This document shows positions 24,324 through 36,930 of a stretch of 64,000 bases of DNA, one piece after another; the stretch's first letter is position 1; every line of letters begins with the position of its first letter. The stretch covers positions 1 through 64,000 of the forward strand of contig JBFLGF010000112.1 in the NCBI GenBank assembly GCA_050230475.1, given 5' to 3'. The notes under the pieces were generated by a model. The model was not told the origin of the DNA and ran no database searches. It worked only from the letters and a program-made list of their open reading frames with translations. Source of the DNA: Ancylonema sp. (lineage: Eukaryota). The position numbers and the translations under genes are program-made.

Positions 24324-25064
24324 CTCCGTAAAGGGGAGTTCATGGGATGGTATCGTGACAGGGACGGTCGAAAGGTCAAATTGCGACCGAGTACCAGCCT
24401 ATCTTACGCCTTCGTCTCGTCGAAAAGGAAGTTTGAGGAAGAAGAGAAGGTTAAAGAGGGAGAGGAAGGGAAGAGGAGGGAAGGGGACCATCAAGATTAC
24501 GGAGTTTGCAACGTCGTCTAGATCCCACGTTTCATGAGCTAGTAGAGAGCCGTGGATGGATCCCAAAAAAAGCGTTATCACACATCTCTTCCAGAAGCCA
24601 AGTTCTATGCAAACAAGAAATACGGGGAGAAATTTATCGTCCCGAAAACTATAAAATTAGGTGCCAACAAAGACAGAGTCCCGAGTAAAACTTTTCATGC
24701 TCATTGGTTGACCCTCTTTGGAAAGGAGATGACACGCAAGGGTTTCCAAAGCAGGGAAGAGTGCGAAAAATATGCTAGGTGCAAATTCGAGGATCACCAC
24801 GATTCCACCGATGCTATAAGGAAGGACCCAAGCACGGGTCTTGTGCCTTATGGGTCCCGCCCAAGCCATGGTGGTTTATTCGTGTGTTGGGTTAGAGGCC
24901 TTGATGGCATGGAATTGAAGGGAAGGCATGTTTTTTTCTCAAGTCCGTAGGAGGCAAGTGATTTTGGGAGAAAGATATACGAGACTCTGCTCAAGGAGAG
25001 GACTTCAGTAGATGTGAGCCAAACTACTCATCAATATTTACTTCCATATTATGCTGACTTTTAA
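24324..25064 (+). pseudogene. 3' half of the split intronless gene
   Basis: Continues in frame from 16870 once one ACGAA is removed (CDE-LRKGEFMGWY). ORFs 24297-24521 and 24552-24950 and the tail to TAA 25064 share a frame, with a disrupted patch near 24500-24570. Confidence 0.55.
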
Positions 25065-25419
25065 TTTTAATGTCCCTTTGTTTTTAGTGTGGCACACTGT
25101 TACGAGACGCGATAGAGGAATGGGAGTGGGACTGGGAGTGTGACATGAATGAAGTCGTCGATGAAACGCTTGCTAGGAGTGCACCTACGAGTTTTTGGTG
25201 TGGCAATGAGTATGGGGAGGTTCCTTCTCCCCATCACAAGGCCGACATCGCAGATTCCCAACCCCAGACACGGGAAACTAACAATTCCATTCAACAACAA
25301 CATTTTCGTTCTTCAATAATATTTTTCACTTATTCAACAATTCGAATGATTGCAAGATGCCCAGAGTGCAGCTAGGCACAGATAGATGGTGCCGCAGGGA
25401 GAAGTGGAGAGTGACGACC

Positions 25420-25542
25420 AGACGAATCAATCTTGCCAATAATCCGGTATTCCACAAGAGGAACAAACACATTGCGATACGATTCCACTTTATTCGAGAG
25501 AAAGTGGAAAGTGGCGAGATGGATCTTGAGTTTGTAATAAAT
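25420..25542 (+). mobile_element. RNase H end of an older copia element (C), left fragment
   Basis: LANNPVFHKRNKHIAIRFHFIREKVESGEMDLEFV; continues after 39356. Confidence 0.8.
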
Positions 25543-27759
25543 TGTGAAGTATTCAGCAACATAGGTGTATATTAATATAGGATTACTTTAGCCGGCCAAA
25601 GTTGCCGTAATAGAGTGTGCGAACTTTTGGCGGTTTGCGGTTTGGTGTGGTTTGGTTACTTTTCGTGTCTATGTCATGAAGTTACGTGTTGGTTTGAGTT
25701 TGATTAGTTTGATGACACGTGTCGATAATCTCAACGTATTTAGAATGATTGAGTGTATCGGAATGATAGTAATAATGTTTGTTAGTATAGTAGTTGTGTC
25801 AGACGTGGCGTAATCAGCTCGGCGCGCCTGGTGACTCAATCTTAGAAGATTGGCATTTGATGGTTTAGATTGCTCGTTCGGGTAATCTAGGATTCATAAT
25901 CATTTGGAACTGATTGGAACTTGTTTGGTTGTTTGCGTCTCAAGGTCAGAATTGAATTTTATTTTTGGTTAGATTCAGATTATCTCACACAATGGGTATA
26001 GAGACGATCCTTCTCCTTTGCTCTTTGTGGATTTTAACTTTTGCTTTTACATGAAAGAAGCTTTACGTGCAGCGCAAAAATGTGTATGAGTGTGCGATGA
26101 GTATGTGAATAAGTATACGCACTTTTGAGTAGGTCGTGTTTAGTTGAGTTTAAGAGTTTATTAGAGTTGTGTTGAGTTGACGCCTCAATGGCGTTATCAG
26201 TGGTCTCAGAGCTTCTGGCTCTGGGACTTCAGAGTACATGAAGAAGATAATATCGAAAGACGTTTTGTCCTATGGTCCATGGCGGACAAAACTCACAGCG
26301 ATATTAGACGCAGAGGACTGTCTCGAAATAGTGAACAGTACTGAACTGGAGCCGCTAGAGAGAGCTGAGGTGCTGAATGCTGACAATACTTCAGCAAACA
26401 ATGAGGAGGTGAACAAGAGACAGGTGGAAATCAAGGACTGGAGGAAGAGGTCAAAGAAAGCAGCGTCGCTGATAACTCAAACCATGGACGACAGTATAGG
26501 AATGAGCCTGGACGTTCATGGAAACAATCCTACACTCATGTGGGCTCAACTTGGTGCTGATTATAACACGATTACGCCAGCGCTGCGTTCTTCGGCACGA
26601 ACTGATTTTCTCACCTTCAAGATCGGAGAGGATGAGTCGTATATTGATACTAAGCTTAGATATGATGAGCTGTTGCGGAAGTAGACCGTTCAGGGTGGAC
26701 TGATCGGAGAGAATGATCGCCTTCAAACTCTACTTGGAGCTCTCCCGAGGAAATACGATCATCTCAAAGAGTCCTACTTTGCACAGACTCCTGCCCCTAG
26801 CATCCGGTACGTATGGGATCGCATGTACAACCTAGAGAGTCAGGAAAAGAAGAGAGAGTTGCAGGAAGAATCATCAGGAATGGGAGCGGGAGTCTATTAT
26901 CAATCAGCAAGGGGTCGAGGGAATTTCAGAGGAAGGGGAAGGAGGGGAACATTTGGTGGACACGAGGTGTCGGCAGAGGAAACGAGGGGAAATCAGAGAA
27001 TTGCTTTAGGTGGAGAGCCAGACCACTGGAGTAGAGAGTGTCCTCAGAAAGACACTCTGCACATGGTGTGCGTGTTGGTCATATTGCAGACATGCTAGCA
27101 GTGAATGGCACCAAGGGGAGGGAAGTCTGGAGTTTTAAGGGGCAGAGGTCGAGGTGCAGGAGCTGCTGGTAGGGGTGGGTATCAGATATGGACAGGGCGC
27201 GGATGAGGAGGGGGAACAGGGACATGCCGAGGAGCTGATAGGAGAGATCAGCATGGGATCAGGGGAAGATGATGGAGAAGATCGGGACTGGGTGTGTGAC
27301 AGTGGAGCTGACTACCATATGTCAGGGGACATCACACTTTTCGAATCTCTCTCTGATATTCCAACTAAGTTCTAAGTCAAACAGATAAAGGGGGAGGTGT
27401 CGATAACAAAATGGGGTGTTGTGCGTCTGTACACTGACAAAGGAAAGGGGGTGAGAGGTGCCCTGGAGTTGCACGAGGTGCTTTACTTGCCAGGGATGAG
27501 AGTAAACATTTTCTCTCTTCAACGAATTCGGGGACAAGGGCGAATGCAGCTTTGCTTTGAGGGGAAGCCGCATCCTGAAAAACTGATTCCTATTCTGAAC
27601 AAAGAGGGGCAGCAGATGCAAAAGTGGGAGACACTCAAGGGAAGACCAACCAGTGTGCTTAGAGCTCAATGTGCCTGAGGAGATGAAGGGAGAAGTACTT
27701 GGGGGGAAAGGGATTAGCGGAGCTGCTACACAAGAGGCAGGCACACTTCTCAGGGGGGG

Positions 27760-28896
27760 ATGGTGAGGTGGGTGCGTGAGCAGATGGTCAGGGGTCTCGA
27801 GGAGGGGATGAAGGGTGATTTTGGCATGTGTAGGGGCTGCAATATGGGAAAGTCCAGTGAAAAAAATCATCCGCGAAAATCTCAGGAGTATCGGGCAACA
27901 GAACCTCTCGAGATGGTTCATACGGACATCGCTGGACCTTTCAAAACCCAAAGGCAGTTGGAGGAGGGGGGGGTCAGTACAATCTGGTGGTCATCGATGA
28001 CTTCAGCCGAAAGTCCTGGACAATACCTACGAAAGAAGAGTGATACCAAGGTGGCGCTGAAGCACTGGATTGCTGTCAACGAAAATCAAAGTGGGAAGAC
28101 GGTCAAGAAGCTGAGGTCAGACAATGGGGGGGAGTATGTCGATGGTGAACTTGAGACCTGGCTGAAGGAGCATGGCATCCTACATCAAACTATTCCAGCT
28201 CGTTCTCCTCAGAGCAATGGGATAGCTGAACGTAGGAATAGGACGCTTCAGGACAGGGCCAGGTCGATGCTGGTGGGTGCTGGTCTAGGAGGGGGATTCT
28301 GGGTCGAGGCGATCATCGCAGCTGCCTCGTACATTCGGAACAGGGGTCCAGTGGCTGGCTTGAGCAAGACACCTGATGAGCTTTGGTCAGGCAGCATTCC
28401 ATCGATCAAACATTTGCGGGCTTATGGGAGCAAAGCCTATGTGTCATTGGAGAAGTTCAAAAGAGCAGGAAAAATGGGGACAACGAAGTGGGAGGGGGTG
28501 ATTGTCGGTTATCCCACGGGAAGTGTCGGGTACCGAGTCTGGGATCCTGTCAGGGGGAAGGTGTTCAATGTGGGGGTTCCAGATGTCGATGAGAGTGTCG
28601 AGGCAGGTTGGTGGAGGACGACAGTCGATGGTGGGGTGTTCGATGATGTCGAACCTGTTCGATTTCCAGATCTCAATGATGATGTCGATGCTGTGGGGGT
28701 AGCGACACATCAGCTGGAAATGCCTGCTCTGGTGGAAGACAGCAGTGACGATGAAGACGAGGGGGAGGATAATGAGAATGGAGGAGATGGTGGAGATTGT
28801 GGAGATGACAGCTGGGGACCTGATGATGATGCTCCTGAGCACGAGGGTCCAGCATCGAAAGTGGGGTGGGACACACAGGAGAGGGGAGAAGCCTAG
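27760..28896 (+). CDS. Copia integrase fragment, element B copy 1
   Basis: VHTDIAGP, LRSDNGGEY, SPQSNGIAERRNRTL and GYPTGSVGYRVWD. Confidence 0.85.
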   Translation: MVRWVREQMVRGLEEGMKGDFGMCRGCNMGKSSEKNHPRKSQEYRATEPLEMVHTDIAGPFKTQRQLEEGGVSTIWWSSMTSAESPGQYLRKKSDTKVALKHWIAVNENQSGKTVKKLRSDNGGEYVDGELETWLKEHGILHQTIPARSPQSNGIAERRNRTLQDRARSMLVGAGLGGGFWVEAIIAAASYIRNRGPVAGLSKTPDELWSGSIPSIKHLRAYGSKAYVSLEKFKRAGKMGTTKWEGVIVGYPTGSVGYRVWDPVRGKVFNVGVPDVDESVEAGWWRTTVDGGVFDDVEPVRFPDLNDDVDAVGVATHQLEMPALVEDSSDDEDEGEDNENGGDGGDCGDDSWGPDDDAPEHEGPASKVGWDTQERGEA

Positions 28897-29059
28897 GCAC
28901 AGCAACAGGGATAATCGAGGTGTACCACCACTTCGGTTCATCGAGGCCTATCTTGCAAGTGCCAGCAGATGCAGGGGCGGATCAAAATCCTCAGTCAGTT
29001 CGAGAAAGCTCTTCAGGGGGAGCACAAGGAGGAGTGGCAACAAGCGATGAACAAGTGAG

Positions 29060-30547
29060 ATGGCAAGTCTGAAAGAAAATGGGGTCTATGAGCTGGTAGA
29101 TAGGCCCAAGGGAAAGAAGGTGGTGAAATCAAAGTGGGTTTTCAGGGTGAAGACAAATGAGAAGGGGGAGATAGACAAATATAACGCGAGGGTGGTGGCG
29201 AAGGGGTACAGCCAGGTGGAAGGAGTGGATTATGATCAGACTTTTAGCCCCACAGTCAGATTCGAAAGTATTCGACAACTGGTGGCCATGGGGGCATCAA
29301 AGGGGTTAGAAATGCATCAAATGGATGTAACTACCGCGTTTCTGTACGCACCACTGGAGGAGGTGGAGTATATGGAGCAGCCGGAGGGGACAGTCGAGGA
29401 GGGGAATGAGAGCAAGGTGATGAGGTTGCTAAAGTGCCTGTATGGACTTAAGCAATCTCCTCGACAGTGGAACATCTGCATCGACACCGTTTTGCAGCAG
29501 CTGGGGTTTGTGAGACTCAAATCAGATGTGGGCATCTATGTCAAGGGAAAGGGGGAGGAGGCGGTGTACATTGCACTTTATGTCGACGACCTGTTCATGG
29601 TGGGGATGAAGCTGGTAAACATCGATGTGGTGAAGCAGGGGCTGGGAAAGGAGTTCAAGATGAAAGATCTGGGGGTAGCACGTTTCCTGTTGGGGAGAGA
29701 AATTCGTCGACAGGAGAATGGGGATGTTCTCCTTGTGCAAGAAAAATATGCACGTGATGTCATCAGTCGTTATAACATGGAGGGGAGCAAGCCGGTGTCG
29801 ACACCCTTAGAGCTGGGGACTCATCTCGATTCGTCACAGCAGCCGACTACCGATGTCGACAGAGAGCAGATGTCCAGCATTCCATACAGATCGGCAATCG
29901 GCAGCCTGATGTATCTGTCGACATGCACAAGGCCTGACATTTCTGAAGCAGTTTCCGAACTCAGTAAGTTCAGTCAGAACCCTGGAGCTGCACATTGGGA
30001 GGGGGTTAAAAGGGTTCTTCGGTACGTCAATGGCACAGTGGGGGAGTGGCTGCTGTATAAGAGGGGAGCACAGGTGGCAGTTGGGGGGTACTCCGACTCA
30101 GGGCATGCAGGCGATAGAGAAACATCCAGAGGGCGTTCTGGTTACATTTTTCTTAGTGCTGGTGCTGCAATCTCTTGGAGGAGCTCTATGATGAAGGTGG
30201 TGTGTCACAGCAGCTGTGAGAGCGAATACGTGGGCCTGAGTGAGTCGGGCAATGAGGCGTTTTACTTGATTCAACTTCAGGGTGAACTTGGGGTAGGCAA
30301 TTCAAGTGTACTCCTGTATGGAGACAATGAATCATCCCTGAAGTTGGCAGAGAATCCGGTTGTCCATCAGCGGTCAAAACACATTTTGCTCAAGTACCAT
30401 TCGCTCAGGGACAGGGTAGAGTCGGGTATCATCGAGTTGTGCAAGGTGGATACTGGTTTGAATGCAGCAGATATGATGACTAAGAATGTCGGTGTAGGAA
30501 TTCTGAAAGTGTGCAAGCAGCTTGCTGGGATGATTTCTAGTGGCTAA
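29060..30547 (+). CDS. Copia reverse transcriptase/RNase H, element B copy 1 (open 495-aa frame)
   Basis: KWVFRVK, ARVVAKGYSQ, QMDVTTAFL, LYGLKQSPRQW, YVDDL, YSDS, SSCESEY and AADMMTK. Confidence 0.92.
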   Translation: MASLKENGVYELVDRPKGKKVVKSKWVFRVKTNEKGEIDKYNARVVAKGYSQVEGVDYDQTFSPTVRFESIRQLVAMGASKGLEMHQMDVTTAFLYAPLEEVEYMEQPEGTVEEGNESKVMRLLKCLYGLKQSPRQWNICIDTVLQQLGFVRLKSDVGIYVKGKGEEAVYIALYVDDLFMVGMKLVNIDVVKQGLGKEFKMKDLGVARFLLGREIRRQENGDVLLVQEKYARDVISRYNMEGSKPVSTPLELGTHLDSSQQPTTDVDREQMSSIPYRSAIGSLMYLSTCTRPDISEAVSELSKFSQNPGAAHWEGVKRVLRYVNGTVGEWLLYKRGAQVAVGGYSDSGHAGDRETSRGRSGYIFLSAGAAISWRSSMMKVVCHSSCESEYVGLSESGNEAFYLIQLQGELGVGNSSVLLYGDNESSLKLAENPVVHQRSKHILLKYHSLRDRVESGIIELCKVDTGLNAADMMTKNVGVGILKVCKQLAGMISSG

Positions 30548-33500
30548 AAGTTGTCGATGGAGGTCGATGGATGTTGCTGGGAGGGGGAATGTGAAGTATT
30601 CAGCAACATAGGTGTATATTAATATAGGATTACTTTAGCCGGCCAAAGTTGCCGTAATAGAGTGTGCGAACTTTTGGCGTTTTTCGGTTTGGTGTGGTTT
30701 GGTTACTTTTCGTGTCTATGTCATGAAGTTACGTTTTGGTTTGAGTTTGATTAGTTTTATGACACGTGTCGATAATCTCAACGTATTTAGAATGATTGAT
30801 TGTATCGGAATGATAGTAATAATGTTTAGTAGTTGTGTCAGACGTGGCGTAATCAGCTCGGCGCGCATGGTGACTCAATCTTAGAAGATTGGTATTTGAT
30901 GGTTTAGATTGCTCGTTCGGGTAATCTAGGATTCATAATCATTTGGAACTGATTGGAACTTGGGAACTTGTTTGCGTCTCAAGGAGAATTTTTTGGTTAG
31001 ATTCAGATTATCTCACACAATGGGTATAGAGACGATCCTTCTCCTTTGCCTTTGTGGATTTTAACTTTTGCTTTTACATGAAAGAAGCTAGTGCAGCGCA
31101 AAAATGTGTATGAGTGTGCGATGAGTATGTGAATAAGTATACGCACTTTTGAGTAAGTCGTGTTTGAGGAGTTTAAGAGTTTATTAGAGTTGTGTTGAGT
31201 TGACGCCTCAATGGCGTTATCATGGTCTCAGAGCTTCTGGCTCTGGGACTTCAGAGTACATGAAGAAGATAATATCGAAAGACGTTTTGTCCTATGGTCC
31301 ATGGCGGACAAAACTCACAGCGATATTAGACGCAGAGGACTGTCTCGAAATAGTGAACAGTACTGAACTGGAGCCGCTAGAGAGAGCTGAGGTGCTGAAT
31401 GCTGACAATACTTCAGCAAACAATGAGGAGGTGAACAAGAGACAGGTGGAAATCAAGGACTGGAGGAAGAGGTCAAAGAAAGCAGCGTCGCTGATAACTC
31501 AAACCATGGACGACAGTATAGGAATGAGCCTGGACGTTCATGGAAACAATCCTACACTCATGTGGGCTCAACTTGGTGCTGATTATAACACGATTACGCC
31601 AGCGCTGCGTTCTTCGGCACGAACTGATTTTCTCACCTTCAAGATCGGAGAGGATGAGTCGTATATTGATACTAAGCTTAGATATGATGAGCTGTTGCGG
31701 AAGTAGACCGTTCAGGGTGGACTGATCGGAGAGAATGATCGCCTTCAAACTCTACTTGGAGCTCTCCCGAGGAAATACGATCATCTCAAAGAGTCCTACT
31801 TTGCACAGACTCCTGCCCCTAGCATCCGGTACGTATGGGATCGCATGTACAACCTAGAGAGTCAGGAAAAGAAGAGAGAGTTGCAGGAAGAATCATCAGG
31901 AATGGGAGCGGGAGTCTATTATCAATCAGCAAGGGGTCGAGGGAATTTCAGAGGAAGGGGAAGGAGGGGAACATTTGGTGGACACGAGGTGTCGGCAGAG
32001 GAAACGAGGGGAAATCAGAGAATTGCTTTAGGTGGAGAGCCAGACCACTGGAGTAGAGAGTGTCCTCAGAAAGACACTCTGCACATGGTGTGCGTGTTGG
32101 TCATATTGCAGACATGCTAGCAGTGAATGGCACCAAGGGGAGGGAAGTCTGGAGTTTTAAGGGGCAGAGGTCGAGGTGCAGGAGCTGCTGGTAGGGGTGG
32201 GTATCAGATATGGACAGGGCGCGGATGAGGAGGGGGAACAGGGACATGCCGAGGAGCTGATAGGAGAGATCAGCATGGGATCAGGGGAAGATGATGGAGA
32301 AGATCGGGACTGGGTGTGTGACAGTGGAGCTGACTACCATATGTCAGGGGACATCACACTTTTCGAATCTCTCTCTGATATTCCAACTAAGTTCTAAGTC
32401 AAACAGATAAAGGGGGAGGTGTCGATAACAAAATGGGGTGTTGTGCGTCTGTACACTGACAAAGGAAAGGGGGTGAGAGGTGCCCTGGAGTTGCACGAGG
32501 TGCTTTACTTGCCAGGGATGAGAGTAAACATTTTCTCTCTTCAACGAATTCGGGGACAAGGGCGAATGCAGCTTTGCTTTGAGGGGAAGCCGCATCCTGA
32601 AAAACTGATTCCTATTCTGAACAAAGAGGGGCAGCAGATGCAAAAGTGGGAGACACTCAAGGGAAGACCAACCAGTGTGCTTAGAGCTCAATGTGCCTGA
32701 GGAGATGAAGGGAGAAGTACTTGGGGGGAAAGGGATTAGCGGAGCTGCTACACAAGAGGCAGGCACACTTCTCAGGGGGGGATGGTGAGGTGGGTGCGTG
32801 AGCAGATGGTCAGGGGTCTCGAGGAGGGGATGAAGGGTGATTTTGGCATGTGTAGGGGCTGCAATATGGGAAAGTCCAGTGAAAAAAATCATCCGCGAAA
32901 ATCTCAGGAGTATCGGGCAACAGAACCTCTCGAGATGGTTCATACGGACATCGCTGGACCTTTCAAAACCCAAAGGCAGTTGGAGGAGGGGGGGGTCAGT
33001 ACAATCTGGTGGTCATCGATGACTTCAGCCGAAAGTCCTGGACAATACCTACGAAAGAAGAGTGATACCAAGGTGGCGCTGAAGCACTGGATTGCTGTCA
33101 ACGAAAATCAAAGTGGGAAGACGGTCAAGAAGCTGAGGTCAGACAATGGGGGGGAGTATGTCGATGGTGAACTTGAGACCTGGCTGAAGGAGCATGGCAT
33201 CCTACATCAAACTATTCCAGCTCGTTCTCCTCAGAGCAATGGGATAGCTGAACGTAGGAATAGGACGCTTCAGGACAGGGCCAGGTCGATGCTGGTGGGT
33301 GCTGGTCTAGGAGGGGGATTCTGGGTCGAGGCGATCATCGCAGCTGCCTCGTACATTCGGAACAGGGGTCCAGTGGCTGGCTTGAGCAAGACACCTGATG
33401 AGCTTTGGTCAGGCAGCATTCCATCGATCAAACATTTGCGGGCTTATGGGAGCAAAGCCTATGTGTCATTGGAGAAGTTCAAAAGAGCAGGAAAAATGGG

Positions 33501-33861
33501 GACAACGAAGTGGGAGGGGGTGATTGTCGGTTATCCCACGGGAAGTGTCGGGTACCGAGTCTGGGATCCTGTCAGGGGGAAGGTGTTCAATGTGGGGGTT
33601 CCAGATGTCGATGAGAGTGTCGAGGCAGGTTGGTGGAGGACGACAGTCGATGGTGGGGTGTTCGATGATGTCGAACCTGTTCGATTTCCAGATCTCAATG
33701 ATGATGTCGATGCTGTGGGGGTAGCGACACATCAGCTGGAAATGCCTGCTCTGGTGGAAGACAGCAGTGACGATGAAGACGAGGGGGAGGATAATGAGAA
33801 TGGAGGAGATGGTGGAGATTGTGGAGATGACAGCTGGGGACCTGCACGAGGGTCCAGCATC

Positions 33862-36800
33862 TGTGGAAGCGGAACTCATTTCGTAACTCAGATTGACAAG
33901 AAAGTGTACTTGTCAACTAACACGAAATACCCAACTCTGAACTCTACCGACTCAATAGCGCGATGGCTACAAAACACAAACTCTGAGGCACAAACTCATG
34001 CACATGACACGTGGACAAAGCTTGTATGATCAGCACAAGTAACTGGCGGCAATCAGAAGGACGCCCTATATCCAAAGAGCCTGAACCTCGACGAACGAAC
34101 CTCACGAATAATCTCTAACTAAGACCTTAGAACACTGAACGATTAACCCCGCGAATAAACCCTACTGTGAGTTTCGGTTTATTTATTTACGTGCTAGTAC
34201 CAAAAACCCCTTCTAACGAAACACCCGCTAACTACTTGGACCAATTTGCTCAATCCAAGGCCGTGACACTTCAACTCATAATATTATCTACTTGCAGTAT
34301 TCGCTCACCAAGTCCCCCTCTCTGCAATTATGATTATATTATAAGCTCTTATCGATTAACTCACATTTACCTCTTACTATACATTGTTCGGCTTAAACGT
34401 CACCGACGGATTGTCCGAGCAGTGACGCACAATTAAAGCCTAACTACTGTGATCTGTTCACAGAGCACAACTGATATTTGTTATCAGCACACATTGCTAT
34501 GATCTGTTCATAGCGCACAACTCATCACTCTGTCTCAACTTGGAGACGTACTCAACTCATATGACAGAGCCTCAACTTGGGAGACACTCTTACTCACACT
34601 TGCTATGATTTGTTCAGAGCACACATTGCTATGATCTGTTCATAGCACAACTCATAACTCTGTCTCAACTTTGGAGACGTACTCAACGCTCATATGACAC
34701 AGCCTCAACTTTGGAGACACTCTTACCTCACTTTGCTATGATTTGTTCAGAGCACACATTGCTATGATCTGTTCATAGCACACAACTCATAACTCTGTCT
34801 CAACTTTGGAGACGTACTCAACTATATGCACAGCCTCAACTTTGGAGACACTCTTACTCACTCTTAGACATTACTTTGCTTCAACTTAACACAACCCACC
34901 CCCTCTCAGACTACCGCATGTCATAACGAGAGACACATCACATCGTATCTTCAACACTATCTCCTCCTTTTTCCCTCTTGTTTAGTATGCAATTTTCTAC
35001 ATTTGGTATCAGACGGGGGGGTTCCCCCTCTCTGCAACATGTGTGATACTCTCACTCCTGTACAACGCCTTTCTTATTTGTTGCGCTAGTTAATTGTTAT
35101 CACCGCCCCCTCTTAAACTGGAACACCACTCCTTAAACTCTCTTCTTCTTTTACTGAAAATGACAATGTTGGTGGTGAATGTATTTCATGTCAACTGTCA
35201 CTCATGACTCATTCCTCGCTCCCCCTCTCAACTATGAGATTGCCAAGCTCAATGAGCGTTGACCGTGTATGCTAAATTTCATTCACATTTGCACTTTCAA
35301 GATGTTTCCTTATTACATCCTCATAGTACGTGTCATTTGCGTCCTCATACTCTATCTCATTGTTATCATCATGTGCCTCCGCTACTTCATCAATATTGAT
35401 GAAGACCATCTCCTCTACCAACTCCTCTGCCACTCTCTTCGTGCGTGCGTCCAGCTCTGCGCTCACTCTTGCCATTTCCTCGTGCGCCTCCTCCACGTCC
35501 CCCTTGTGGGCGTCCATCAACTCCCATTGCTCCTCGAACCGCACTCGTTCCGCCTTCACACTCTCTCTGCCCACACCTCCAGGCCCCACGCCTCCTTCTC
35601 CTGCTCCAGCTGCTCCGCCTCCTCCTTCACATGCGCCTTCCGCGCCATAAGCAATTCCTTGGCCAGCCGCAGCACTTCCACCATGCGCGCCCTCTCTGCC
35701 TCCAGCCTCTGCTTCTCTGCCTTCACGTGCTCTGCCACTTGGCGGCTGCTCTCCCTCTCCGCCTGCGTTGCCTTAGCCTGCTGCTGTCTGCGCTTCTTCT
35801 GCCGCTCTCCTGCCTGCCTGCAGCTCCGCCCTCTCTGCCTTCCATCGCCCCCACCTCCTTCTTCCTCTCCTCCTGCTCCCTTCTTAGCTCGCCTCTGTGC
35901 TGCTCTACTTGTGCCCCCTTTGGCAAGCAGAGCTGCACCTTGACCTCCTGCGCCTGCAGCCTTTTGCGCCGCCGATCCGTTTATGTTCCTCCATCACCAT
36001 AAAATAAAAACATCCTTGCAAACATCTCTCCACTCAGCCCTCCTCCATGAAACCCACCCCTCCATTTCTTCACCAGTTACTTTTTGCATACCCTCCCCCC
36101 TCTCATACACTCATCTCACCTACCTTTCTAGTAGCGGCAAACCAACCAACTTTAGGCACAACTCGCCGCTGCCTGATGTAAAGCTGCGTGCAGCAAGGCA
36201 TGCACCGGGCTCCACCCGAGTCCCCAAACCCGACCCCCCCAATACCCTTCTTCCACCTGTCATCCACCCCTCGTCTAGCCGAACTGTGTCCTTTACGCCT
36301 CTTCTTCTCCCCTTGCGACCCACCAGACTCCTTTCCGCTATTTTTCGCTGCTGTCGAATCCTACGAACTTCCTGCATCCTCGTCATCAAGAATTTGCCGC
36401 CATAACCTCGTGGTTATGGACGCGCAACTCCTGGCAGCGAAAGCCCGTACGGCCTAAATCGCTGGCTCTGATTACCACTTGTGGAAGCGGAACTCATTTC
36501 GTAACTCAGATTGACAAGAAAGTTACTTGTCAACTAACACGAAATACCCAACTCTGAACTCTACCCACTCAATGCGCGATGGCTACAAACACAAACTCTG
36601 ATGCACAAACTCATGCACATGACACGTGGACAAAGCTTGTAATCAGCAAAGTAACTGGCGGCAATAAGAAGGACGCCCTATATCCAAAGAGCCTGAACCT
36701 CGACGAACGAACCTCACGAAATAATCTCTAACTAAGACCTTAGAACACTGAACGATTAACCCCGCGAATAAACCCTACTGTGAGTTTCGGTTTATTTATT

Positions 36801-36930
36801 TACGTGCTAGTACCAAAAACCCCTTCTAACGAGAAACACCCCCGCTAACTACTTGGACCAATTTGCTCAATAATCATCAAGCAGCGTGACACTTCAACTC
36901 ATAATATTAACTACTTGCAGTATTCGCTCA
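33862..36930 (-). mobile_element. Non-autonomous LTR element (D) nested in element B copy 2
   Basis: LTRs 33862-34307 and 36480-36930 (TG...CA). PBS TGGTAATCAGAGC at 36477-36465; PPT-like tract at 34308-34325; flush 4-bp CATC duplication. The interior holds fragmented coiled-coil ORFs (36389-35272) and no pol. Confidence 0.85.
34445..34862. repeat. About 120-bp tandem repeats inside element D
   Basis: Recurring GCTATGATCTGTTCATAGC, CTCAACTTTGGAGAC and ACTCTTACTCA blocks, about three units. Confidence 0.85.

Noticed and set aside
34445..34862. CRISPR-like array
   Set aside because: The intervening segments are themselves repeated, there are no cas genes, and it lies inside a eukaryotic LTR element.
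35269..36002. Plus-strand ORFs of 224 and 185 aa
   Set aside because: Antisense shadows of the purine-rich minus-strand coiled-coil ORF of element D.
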